Source: Bacteroidia bacterium (GTDB lineage: Bacteria > Bacteroidota > Bacteroidia > Bacteroidales > Dysgonomonadaceae). From it: a stretch of 63,461 nt of DNA. The stretch is taken from contig JAUNUM010000001.1 in the NCBI GenBank assembly GCA_030538215.1, forward strand, positions 1 through 63,461, in the 5' to 3' direction. Positions 10,679 through 18,914 of this stretch are shown here, in pieces. Under the pieces are notes generated by a model. It was given only the letters and a program-made list of their open reading frames with translations, searched no databases and was not told where the DNA came from. A program made the translations under genes and the position numbers. Every line of letters starts with the position of its first letter. Position 1 is the first letter of the stretch.

Positions 10679-10686
10679 TAATTTTG
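10679..10686 (+). promoter_or_regulatory. candidate -7 element (TAATTTTG)
   Basis: TAnnTTTG match 27 bp upstream of the ATG at 10713. Confidence 0.35.
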
Positions 10687-10712
10687 TTGGCGCATCACAT
10701 AATTATTCGCCG

Positions 10713-11585
10713 ATGAAATTTCATTATCTTCTTGTTTACTCACTGTTCTTTGTGTTTCTGACGGGAGCTTGCAAACAAAAACCTGCAAGTTTCGCATCGG
10801 AGTTAACACCAGCTCCATATTCAAAATATTACAGTAAAGCAAACGGAAAAAGTGGTGCCGAATTAAAAACCATATTATCCGAAATTATCGGTAATCCCAA
10901 CGTTATTTCGTATTCCGAAATCTGGAAAGCTTTTGAAAAAACTGATCTTAAGCCTAACGGTTCCATTTGGGACATGTATTCCGATATTCCCGATAGAAAA
11001 TCGAAGTACACATTTTATGCGAATAAAAAACGATGCGGAAACTATCGTCAAGAGGGTGATTGTTACAACCGTGAACATTCTGTTCCCAGAAGCTGGTTTC
11101 GCAATGCCGAACCCATGCATTCCGATTTATTTCACATTTATCCAACTGATGGATATGTGAATAATCGTCGCGGAAATTTACCCTTTGGCGAGGTCGGTAT
11201 TTTCTCGTGGGAATCTAGCAACGGTTCTAGAATCGGACAGAACACTTTTGGCAATTATAACCAAACTGTTTTTGAACCTATTGATGAATATAAAGGTGAT
11301 TTTGCCCGAACTTATTTTTACATGGTCACAGCATATGAAGACCAAGTTGCAACATGGCGTTCTGCTCAAATTGGTGGAAATAAATATCCTGCTATTAACA
11401 GTTGGGCATTGGATATGTTTTTAAAATGGCATCGGGAAGATCCTGTAAGTGAGAAAGAGCAAAAACGAAACGAAGCAGTTTTTCTCATTCAGAACAATCG
11501 AAATCCGTTTATTGATTATCCGGAATTGGCAGAATATGTGTGGGGAAACAAAAAGAAGCAACCTTTTAATTTGAAGAAAAATTGA
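10713..11585 (+). CDS. endonuclease I family extracellular/periplasmic nuclease
   Basis: Signal peptide with a lipobox-like C. EndA/Endonuclease_1 motifs NREHSVPRSWF and DLFHIYPTDGYVNNRRGNLPFGEV. Confidence 0.75.
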   Translation: MKFHYLLVYSLFFVFLTGACKQKPASFASELTPAPYSKYYSKANGKSGAELKTILSEIIGNPNVISYSEIWKAFEKTDLKPNGSIWDMYSDIPDRKSKYTFYANKKRCGNYRQEGDCYNREHSVPRSWFRNAEPMHSDLFHIYPTDGYVNNRRGNLPFGEVGIFSWESSNGSRIGQNTFGNYNQTVFEPIDEYKGDFARTYFYMVTAYEDQVATWRSAQIGGNKYPAINSWALDMFLKWHREDPVSEKEQKRNEAVFLIQNNRNPFIDYPELAEYVWGNKKKQPFNLKKN

Positions 11586-11586
11586 G

Positions 11587-12855
11587 ATGAAAAAATATAC
11601 GCTGCTATTTTTATTTTTTCTTTCGCTGACAATTGCCGTTTCACAACCCGTAAAAATTGCAATTATTAGTGATTTACATTATTTAAGTTCCGAGATTGCT
11701 CAACCAAGCACCGCATTGGAAAAGTACGAGTTTATTTCAGGCCGAAACATTTCCGATTTACATGCCGTGCTACATAAAACTCTCGCTGAGATTGAAGACT
11801 CAAAAGTAGATATTTTGCTTATTACGGGAGATATAACCAACCATGGCGAACGACAAAGCCATATCGATTTTATTGAGAAAATATATCCTTTACAACAACG
11901 TGGAATGAAAATATTTGTCATTCCCGGAAATCACGATATCAATATTCCCAACACAAAAGCATATATCGGCAACGTCCCTACTCCAACTCAAAGTATCTCG
12001 GCAGAAGAGTTTCGGGAACTGTATAAACCTTTCGGTTACGGCAATGCGCTGAAATATGATACTCTTTCGCTAAGTTATCTTGCTGAAATCAATAAAAATA
12101 CGTGGTTGCTTTGTTTCGACACAAATCGGTATGCAGAGCATAAAAGCACGTCTATTTCGGGCGGACGAATTCTTCCGTCAACTATGGATTGGGCGCTCAA
12201 TATTTTAGATGAAGCTAAAGCAAAAGATATTACCGTTTTGGGAATGCTTCATCACGGAATTATGGAGCATTTGCCGTATCAGGCAACTTTTTTCCCGAAT
12301 CATTTGTTGGAAAACTGGAAATTTGTTGCCAAAACCCTTGCCGACGCCGGCTTACAAATTGTATTTACCGGACATTTTCACTCCAGCGACATTTCGAAAC
12401 TTACAACTTCTGCGGGAAACACCATTTATGATATAGAAACCGGAAGTTTGTCGCAATACCCGTTTCCCTATCGGCTAATAACACTCGACTCAACATTATT
12501 GTCCATAAATACTCATTTCATTAAATCCATTTCCGAAACAACCGATTTGCAGGAAAAGTATCGTAAAATTTCAGAATCTATTATCCGTCGAGGTATCAAA
12601 TCGCGACTTCAACAAATAGAAATACCCATCGCTGACGATGCACGGGAAGCATTAATTGAATTACTTGTAAGAATAAACATCTTACATTTAAAAGGTGATG
12701 AAGTTCTCGATGACAGCATGTTGCGCTCAATTAAGCAATTTGCAGAAATAATGGGCAGTGAAGACTTTGATATAGAATCGTTTCAACTCGATTTTCCTCC
12801 GGCAGATAATCAGTTGACAATAAGTTTGAGAAACACAGTTTCAAATAAAGATTAG
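11587..12855 (+). CDS. secreted calcineurin-like metallophosphoesterase
   Basis: Signal peptide. Metallophosphoesterase motifs ISDLHY, GDITNHG and GNHD. Confidence 0.7.
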   Translation: MKKYTLLFLFFLSLTIAVSQPVKIAIISDLHYLSSEIAQPSTALEKYEFISGRNISDLHAVLHKTLAEIEDSKVDILLITGDITNHGERQSHIDFIEKIYPLQQRGMKIFVIPGNHDINIPNTKAYIGNVPTPTQSISAEEFRELYKPFGYGNALKYDTLSLSYLAEINKNTWLLCFDTNRYAEHKSTSISGGRILPSTMDWALNILDEAKAKDITVLGMLHHGIMEHLPYQATFFPNHLLENWKFVAKTLADAGLQIVFTGHFHSSDISKLTTSAGNTIYDIETGSLSQYPFPYRLITLDSTLLSINTHFIKSISETTDLQEKYRKISESIIRRGIKSRLQQIEIPIADDAREALIELLVRINILHLKGDEVLDDSMLRSIKQFAEIMGSEDFDIESFQLDFPPADNQLTISLRNTVSNKD

Positions 12856-13479
12856 ATGAAATTGATAAAACAACACGATCCTTTGCGGCTTTACATGCAT
12901 CCTAATCGTATAGAAGCAGGTTGCGACGAAGCCGGACGCGGCTGTCTTGCCGGGCCTGTTTTTGCGGCGGCGGTTATTCTCCCTATTGAATTTCATTGTG
13001 AAGAACTAAATGATTCTAAACAGCTCTCCGAAACAGAAAGAAGCCGGCTTCGCCCCATCATCGAACAAAATGCTTTGTGCTTCGCGGTTGAAATTTGTTC
13101 GCCGGAAGAAATTGATGAAATTAACATCTTATGGGCTTCGGTTAAAGCTATGCACAAAGCATTAGCGAAGCTAACCATAAAACCGGAACATATTTTAGTG
13201 GATGGAAATCGGTTTCGCCCATTTGAAGATATTCCGCATACGCTTGTAGTTAAAGGCGATGGAAAATACATGTCTATTGCGGCGGCATCGGTGCTGGCAA
13301 AAACTTATCGGGATGAATATATGAAAAAACTACATGAGCGATTTCCGACTTACGATTGGGCGCGAAATAAAGGCTATCCTACCAAAAAACATCGTGAAGC
13401 GATACAAAAATGCGGAATAACAGTATATCATCGGAAAAGCTTTAACTTAATAGACAAACAACTAAGTATTGATTTCTAA
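12856..13479 (+). CDS. rnhB: ribonuclease HII
   Basis: [21 protein letters not shown]-terminal motif. The start abuts the stop of the upstream gene. Confidence 0.9.
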   Translation: MKLIKQHDPLRLYMHPNRIEAGCDEAGRGCLAGPVFAAAVILPIEFHCEELNDSKQLSETERSRLRPIIEQNALCFAVEICSPEEIDEINILWASVKAMHKALAKLTIKPEHILVDGNRFRPFEDIPHTLVVKGDGKYMSIAAASVLAKTYRDEYMKKLHERFPTYDWARNKGYPTKKHREAIQKCGITVYHRKSFNLIDKQLSIDF

Positions 13480-13703
13480 TACTATATCGTAGCTTATATA
13501 TAATAAAAATATAATATTACTATCCAAGTTTAATACGGAAGTGCAACTAAAATCTTCAACAATTATTCTTATTGAAAATATATTTAAAAAAACACATTTT
13601 TTTCACTATTTTATCTGAACAAAATATAAAACGTTTTGTTATACTCACGATGGCGGATTCCGAAAAGCCTCATGAGTAGGAATAAACTAAAATTTTTATC
13701 TTT

Positions 13704-14249
13704 ATGAAGAAATTATTTATTACATTATCAGTAATTTGTCTTGCTGTTTTTACAACAACAGCACAAACAACTTTTCACAAAGGAGCAAACGTTGTGAATT
13801 TTGGAGTAGGAATTGGTAGTAGCTATTATGGTAGTGGTTACAAAATGGCTGTTCCTCCTTTAGCTGCTTCTTATGAATATGGGGTTGTTGATGGTCTTTT
13901 TGATGGAAAGGGATCAATTGGAGTTGGAGCTTTAGTTGGTTTTACTTCTGCTAAATGGAACCATATAAATAATGACTCTTACAACGTAAACTATATGACT
14001 TTTGCCGGCAGAGGAAATCTTCACTATCAGTTTGTTGAAAACTTGGATACTTATGCCGGATTAACATTGGGTTATTATTTAGTTAACCAAAAATGGCCGG
14101 AAGGTTATGTAGGACCAAAAAATAACGGAGCCCTTGCATGGGGACTTAACGTAGGCGCACGTTATTATTTCCAACCTAATATTGCTGCCATGGCAGAAGT
14201 TGGTTATGGAATATCTATATTAAATTTGGGTATTGCATTCAAATTTTAA
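13704..14249 (+). CDS. small outer-membrane beta-barrel (porin-family-like) protein
   Basis: Signal peptide, Gly/aromatic-rich alternating pattern, and C-terminal ...GIAFKF ending typical of OMPs. Confidence 0.5.
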   Translation: MKKLFITLSVICLAVFTTTAQTTFHKGANVVNFGVGIGSSYYGSGYKMAVPPLAASYEYGVVDGLFDGKGSIGVGALVGFTSAKWNHINNDSYNVNYMTFAGRGNLHYQFVENLDTYAGLTLGYYLVNQKWPEGYVGPKNNGALAWGLNVGARYYFQPNIAAMAEVGYGISILNLGIAFKF

Positions 14250-14272
14250 GTAAAAAGTTTAATTTATCAAGA

Positions 14273-14308
14273 AAGGGTGAAAGCGTAACAGCATTTCACC
14301 CTTTTTTG
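14273..14308 (+). terminator. rho-independent terminator
   Basis: aagggtgaaa / tttcaccctt 10-bp stem followed by a T6 run. Confidence 0.6.
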
Positions 14309-14601
14309 ATTGGCAAAAGTTGATGAATAACGTGAGTTTGATATAGGATGATTTTAAAAGCAAAAGTAAATTCTTGCTCTTAATAGATTTATAGCCATTA
14401 AGAAATTAAGTATAATCAAAACAAGGCTTTATTACTCTTTATGGCTTAATGGTTTCAAAAGAATATTAAAAAATAAATCGTTCCGATTTATTAGAAAGCA
14501 GTGTAAATTATTGGTTATATGCTACCAAAAAGTCTTATGTTGAATTCACATTAAATATTATGCTACAAAAACAGAAATAATATTTCAATATACAAATTAG
14601 C

Positions 14602-16737
14602 TTAGAACTTAATCATATTACTCTTCATACTCAACTGAATCCTTTTCCGATCCATATCAACCGATAACACCCGCACTTTCACGTGCTGATGCAGCGAAAC
14701 CACATCGGTGGGATTAGAAACGAAGCGATCGGCAAGTTCCGAAATATGCACCAGTCCGTTTTCTTTGATACCGAAATCCACGAAGCAACCGAAATTGGTG
14801 ACGTTGGTAACAATTCCGTTCAGTGTCATCCCTTCTTTCACGTCGTCAATGGTGCGAATATTCGGGTCGAACTCCAACATCTGCACTTTCGTGCGTGGGT
14901 CGCGCCCCGGTTTTTCTAATTCTTGGAGAATATCGGAAAGCGTTTCGTTGCCGGCGGTTTCAGTCTTGTAGCGATTGATGTCGATGGTGTCGATGAGCGA
15001 TTTGTTCCCGATCAATTCGTTCACGGAGCATTTCAGATCTTTAGCCATTTGCTCCACAATGGAGTAACTTTCGGGATGCACTGCCGAGTTGTCCAGCGGA
15101 TTTTGGGCATCGCCAATGCGCAGAAATCCGGCACACTGCTCGAAGGCTTTTTCGCCCAATCGGGGCACTTTTTTCAACTCTTTTCGGGAGCGAAACGCAC
15201 CGTTTTCGGCACGATAATTCACAATGTTTTGCGCCAGCGATTCGCCCAACCCCGACACGTACGTGAGCAGATGCTTGCTCGCCGTATTTAGATTCACGCC
15301 CACGAGATTCACACAACTTTCCACCGTTTGATCGAGGGAGCGTTTCAATTTCGATTGATCCACATCGTGTTGATACTGCCCCACGCCGATGGATTTGGGG
15401 TCGATTTTAACTAACTCTGCCAACGGGTCGCTCAATCGGCGACCGATGGAGACGGCTCCGCGCACGGTGACATCGTAATCGGGAAACTCTTCGCGCGCGG
15501 TTTTGGATGCCGAATAAACCGACGCTCCGTTTTCGCTCACCACGAACACTTTCACCTCTTTTTCGTATCGGATGTTGGTGATGAATCGTTCTGTTTCGCG
15601 GCTTGCCGTACCGTTTCCGATGGCAATGGCATCTATTTTGTAGGTCGATACCAATTTCGCAACCTTGCTTGCCGATTTCTGAAACTCGTTTTGCGGTGCG
15701 TGCGGATAGATGGTTTCGTTGTGGAGCAGATTTCCCTGTTCGTCCAAGCAGACTAATTTGCAACCGGTGCGGTATCCGGGGTCAACGCCCAGGATGCGTT
15801 TTTGTCCCAACGGTGGAGCCAAGAGCAATTGTCGCAGGTTTTCGGCAAAAACGGCGATGGAGGTTTCGTCGGCTTTCTCTTTGGAGAGATTTGCAAATTC
15901 GGTTTCGATAGAGGGTTTGAGCAGTCGTTTGTAGGAATCGGTAACCGCATCTTCCACGAAATCGGCTGCGGGGACATCGTTTTTTGCGTAACGGGGAACG
16001 AGTTTGTCCAAACATTTTTCGTCGTCGGGTGAAATGGCGACACGCAAAAAGCCCTCGGTTTCACCCCGACGAATCGCCAAAATCCGGTGCGATGGACAGC
16101 GGGAAAGCAGTGCCGAAAAATCGAAATAATCTTTGTATTTCTCGCCCTCTTCCTCTTTTCCTTTGATTACTTTGGAGGTAATCATCGCTTCGCGGGCAAA
16201 AATATTTCGCACCAATTGGCGTGCCGACGTATCTTCGTTTACCCATTCGGCAATGATGTCGCACGCCCCTTTCAGCGCCGAATCGATGTCGGGCACTTCG
16301 TTCGTAACAAACTGTTGCGCTTTGGTTTCGGGCGAGCCGTTTTGTTGCATCATCAGCCACTTTGCCAAGGGTTCCAAACCACGTTCTCGGGCAATTTCGG
16401 CACGCGTCTGACGTTTGGGTTTGTAAGGGAGATAAATGTCTTCGAGCAAGGCGGCGTCCCACGTGTCGGCGATTTGTTTTTCGAGTTCGGGCGTGAGTTT
16501 CTCTTGTTCCGCAATCGTTTTTAGAATAAACTCTTTACGCTTTTCGAGTTCAACAAATTTTTCGTTTTGTTCTTTAATGTTGGCAATTTGTACCTCATCC
16601 AATCCGCCCGTCGCCTCTTTTCGGTAGCGGCTTATGAAAGGGATGGTGGCACCTTCATCTAATAATTTGATGGTGTTTTCTACATTTTTGAGACTGATAT
16701 TGAGTTGCTTGGAAATAAGTGATTGGATGATTGACAT
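14602..16737 (-). CDS. tex: Tex-like transcription accessory protein (YqgF/RNase H-like, HhH and S1 domains)
   Basis: Size, N-terminal Tex helical domain (…IPFISRYRKEATGGLDEVQ…) and C-terminal S1 domain. Much more GC-rich than its flanks. Confidence 0.9.
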   Translation of the reverse strand: MSIIQSLISKQLNISLKNVENTIKLLDEGATIPFISRYRKEATGGLDEVQIANIKEQNEKFVELEKRKEFILKTIAEQEKLTPELEKQIADTWDAALLEDIYLPYKPKRQTRAEIARERGLEPLAKWLMMQQNGSPETKAQQFVTNEVPDIDSALKGACDIIAEWVNEDTSARQLVRNIFAREAMITSKVIKGKEEEGEKYKDYFDFSALLSRCPSHRILAIRRGETEGFLRVAISPDDEKCLDKLVPRYAKNDVPAADFVEDAVTDSYKRLLKPSIETEFANLSKEKADETSIAVFAENLRQLLLAPPLGQKRILGVDPGYRTGCKLVCLDEQGNLLHNETIYPHAPQNEFQKSASKVAKLVSTYKIDAIAIGNGTASRETERFITNIRYEKEVKVFVVSENGASVYSASKTAREEFPDYDVTVRGAVSIGRRLSDPLAELVKIDPKSIGVGQYQHDVDQSKLKRSLDQTVESCVNLVGVNLNTASKHLLTYVSGLGESLAQNIVNYRAENGAFRSRKELKKVPRLGEKAFEQCAGFLRIGDAQNPLDNSAVHPESYSIVEQMAKDLKCSVNELIGNKSLIDTIDINRYKTETAGNETLSDILQELEKPGRDPRTKVQMLEFDPNIRTIDDVKEGMTLNGIVTNVTNFGCFVDFGIKENGLVHISELADRFVSNPTDVVSLHQHVKVRVLSVDMDRKRIQLSMKSNMIKF

Positions 16738-16809
16738 ATTCGTGTTTCGGATTACAAGTTATTTTGAAAAGCAAAAATACGAAAATGTTTAGAAGGAGAA
16801 AAATCGCTA

Positions 16810-16840
16810 CCTTTGTCAAAGTTTCAAACTTTGACAAAGG
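16810..16840. promoter_or_regulatory. 12-bp perfect inverted repeat (operator-like) in the tex / GNAT divergent region
   Basis: cctttgtcaaag-tttcaaa-ctttgacaaagg, lying just upstream of the GNAT ATG at 16849. Confidence 0.4.
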
Positions 16841-16848
16841 TAACCCAA

Positions 16849-17348
16849 ATGATAAACAATGTCTGCATCCGCAAAATCAAAGAGTCCGAAATCGATATTC
16901 TCGAAGACCTGCTTTACGAAGCTATTTTTCAGCCAGATGATAACAATCCAATTCTGCGAAGCATACTGCAAGTTCCTGAAGTTAATGCATATATAAAAGA
17001 TTTCGGTATCCGAGAAGATGATCATTGCTTCGTTTCGTCGCGGACGCGGGTGGGAAAATCCTAGGCGCGGTGTGGGTGAGAATTATTTCGGGAGAAGTGA
17101 AAAGATATGGAAATGTGGATGATACTACACCCGAATTTTCGATTTCGTTGTTTAAAGAATACCGCAATCGCGGCATTGGTACACAGTTGATGCGTAAAAT
17201 GATAAAACATTTGAGAGAAAGCGGTTACAAACAAGCATCGCTCAGTGTACAGAAAGCAAATTATGCAGCTAATCTTTACAGAAAATTGGGATTTGAAATA
17301 ATCAAAGACGAAAATGAAGATTATTTGATGGTGTTGAAATTGGATTAA
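16849..17348 (+). pseudogene. GNAT family N-acetyltransferase, frameshifted by a 5-bp tandem duplication
   Basis: Two consecutive ORFs, 16813..17064 and 17025..17348. Removing one copy of ttcgt at 17029-17038 restores a continuous ...DDHCFVADAGGKILGAV... GNAT fold with the acetyl-CoA motif RNRGIGTQLM. Confidence 0.6.
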
Positions 17349-17389
17349 ACAAAATCCACTTTTTTAGATGATTCCTGTGATAAAGTTAT

Positions 17390-17397
17390 TATCTTTG
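17390..17397 (+). promoter_or_regulatory. candidate -7 element (TATCTTTG) for higBA
   Basis: Flanked by a short GTGATA / TATCAC inverted repeat at 17377-17403; the ATG is at 17420. Confidence 0.35.
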
Positions 17398-17419
17398 TAT
17401 CACGCAAAACGCAAAAAAT

Positions 17420-17743
17420 ATGGTCATACGTTTTGAAAAAGAGTATCTATCCGAATTGTATTATGATGGAAAAAGCCGTAACAAAAAATATCGGTTTCAA
17501 CCCCAAGTAGTTCGAAATTATGTAAAACGCATTATCACACTTGCCGAAATAAAAAAAGAGGAAGAGCTTTACGAAATGAATTCATTGAATTATGAAGTGT
17601 TGAAAGGAGACAAAAAAGGCATTTCTTCCATTCGTATCGACAGGCAGTATCGATTGGAGTTCACGATTACAATTCACGATTCGGGCGAAGAAATTATAAA
17701 TGTATGTTCCATTTTAGACATTTCAAATCATTATAAAACATAA
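17420..17743 (+). CDS. higB: type II toxin HigB (RelE/ParE superfamily, plasmid maintenance system killer)
   Basis: YEVLKGDKKGISSIRIDRQYRLEF matches the HigB killer-protein family. It sits 4 bp upstream of an XRE-HTH partner. Confidence 0.7.
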   Translation: MVIRFEKEYLSELYYDGKSRNKKYRFQPQVVRNYVKRIITLAEIKKEEELYEMNSLNYEVLKGDKKGISSIRIDRQYRLEFTITIHDSGEEIINVCSILDISNHYKT

Positions 17744-17747
17744 AATT

Positions 17748-18062
17748 ATGAGCGAATTAGGTTTTTCTTACACACCCATTCATCCCGGTGAAATCGTAAA
17801 AGAGGAACTCGAATACAGAGGCATTTCGCAAAAGCATTTTGCCTCAGTCATTGGTGTTTCTTACACGATGCTGAATGATATTCTGAACGGAAAACGTCCG
17901 GTTAGCACCGATTTCGCACTCACACTTGAAGCTGCTATGGGAATCAGCGCCGAAATGCTTGTGCGGATGCAGGTTCGATACAACTTGCAAGTGGCACGCA
18001 GCAAAAGTGAGAATATAAAGAAGTGGGAAAGTTTACGAAAAGCGTGTACAGCAGCATTGTAA
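17748..18062 (+). CDS. higA: HigA antitoxin (XRE-family HTH addiction-module antidote)
   Basis: IHPGEIVKEELEYRGISQKHFASVIGVSYTMLNDILNGKRPVS is typical of HigA. Confidence 0.75.
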   Translation: MSELGFSYTPIHPGEIVKEELEYRGISQKHFASVIGVSYTMLNDILNGKRPVSTDFALTLEAAMGISAEMLVRMQVRYNLQVARSKSENIKKWESLRKACTAAL

Positions 18063-18086
18063 TAATTATAGATAATAGAATATTAT

Positions 18087-18893
18087 ATGGAAAAGTGGAT
18101 TACAACAAAAACAGAATTGGATATTGACAAACAAGAGAAACAAAGTTATCTTTTCCAAACACGCACAATTAAAACGAATGGAGATATTCTAGATGAGTTT
18201 GAGTATGATGCAGATGAAAATGTAATAGTGAAAAAGTTTTTTAAATATTTTGAAGATGGAGGAGTCAAGGAATACATTGAGTATGATCCTTTCGATGAAT
18301 TATTAGAACGTCATTCGTATTTTCAAAATGAAGAAGACGAAATAGAAAAAATCGAATTTGATTATGTAGATAATGGAAGAATAACTAAACTATTTACTTA
18401 CACTGATTTGGGAAATGTTGAAAAGATTATTATTAAGGATGAATATGGAGAAATAATAGGTTATGAAATTTTTATTTTTGATGAAGAGGGAAGGGTTATC
18501 CGTGAGCTAGAATTAGATGCTGAACAAAATGAAATTAACCGTTATGAAAAATCTTATTCTGCTGATGTTGATGATCGTCTGCAATTTGAAAGTTATTATG
18601 AAGAAAAAGAACTTGTTAGCAAAGAAACATTTGTATATGATGCTATGGGAAATGTTCTCAAAAAAACGGAGCAAAATTTCAAAGATAAGTTTGAAGTAAT
18701 TGATATATATCAATATGATAATCAAAATAATATGATTTACAACACTACTCGTCAAAATGGTGTTTTGGTTTTTGAAAATAAATGTGGCTATGATGATGAA
18801 AACAATCTAATTTCGGAGGAAATATTCGAATTAGACTTTTGGCAAAAGAAAATTACTAAACACGAAATATTAATACATAAACGTTTATCTTAA
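18087..18893 (+). CDS. hypothetical acidic cytoplasmic protein with degenerate YD-like repeats
   Basis: No signal peptide. Periodic F/Y-x-YD-x-x-G-N/R-V/I motifs (FDYVDNGRITKLF, FVYDAMGNVLKK, YQYDNQNNMIY, CGYDDENNLIS). The DNA is about 30% GC. Confidence 0.5.
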   Translation: MEKWITTKTELDIDKQEKQSYLFQTRTIKTNGDILDEFEYDADENVIVKKFFKYFEDGGVKEYIEYDPFDELLERHSYFQNEEDEIEKIEFDYVDNGRITKLFTYTDLGNVEKIIIKDEYGEIIGYEIFIFDEEGRVIRELELDAEQNEINRYEKSYSADVDDRLQFESYYEEKELVSKETFVYDAMGNVLKKTEQNFKDKFEVIDIYQYDNQNNMIYNTTRQNGVLVFENKCGYDDENNLISEEIFELDFWQKKITKHEILIHKRLS

Positions 18894-18914
18894 TCATTCA
18901 AAATCCCCCCAAAA

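Noticed and set aside
14393-14455. gccattaag … cttaatggt imperfect inverted repeat in the 350-bp AT-rich gap before tex
   Set aside because: An 8/9 match with a 45-bp loop in very AT-rich DNA is easily produced by chance.
14683-16627. More than 15 overlapping ORFs of 60-145 aa on both strands inside tex (e.g. 14923..15291+, 15407..15763-, 16061..16462-, 16087..16524+)
   Set aside because: All lie within or antisense to the well-supported tex CDS. They arise because this segment is GC-rich, so stops are rare in all frames, and none has a recognisable motif.
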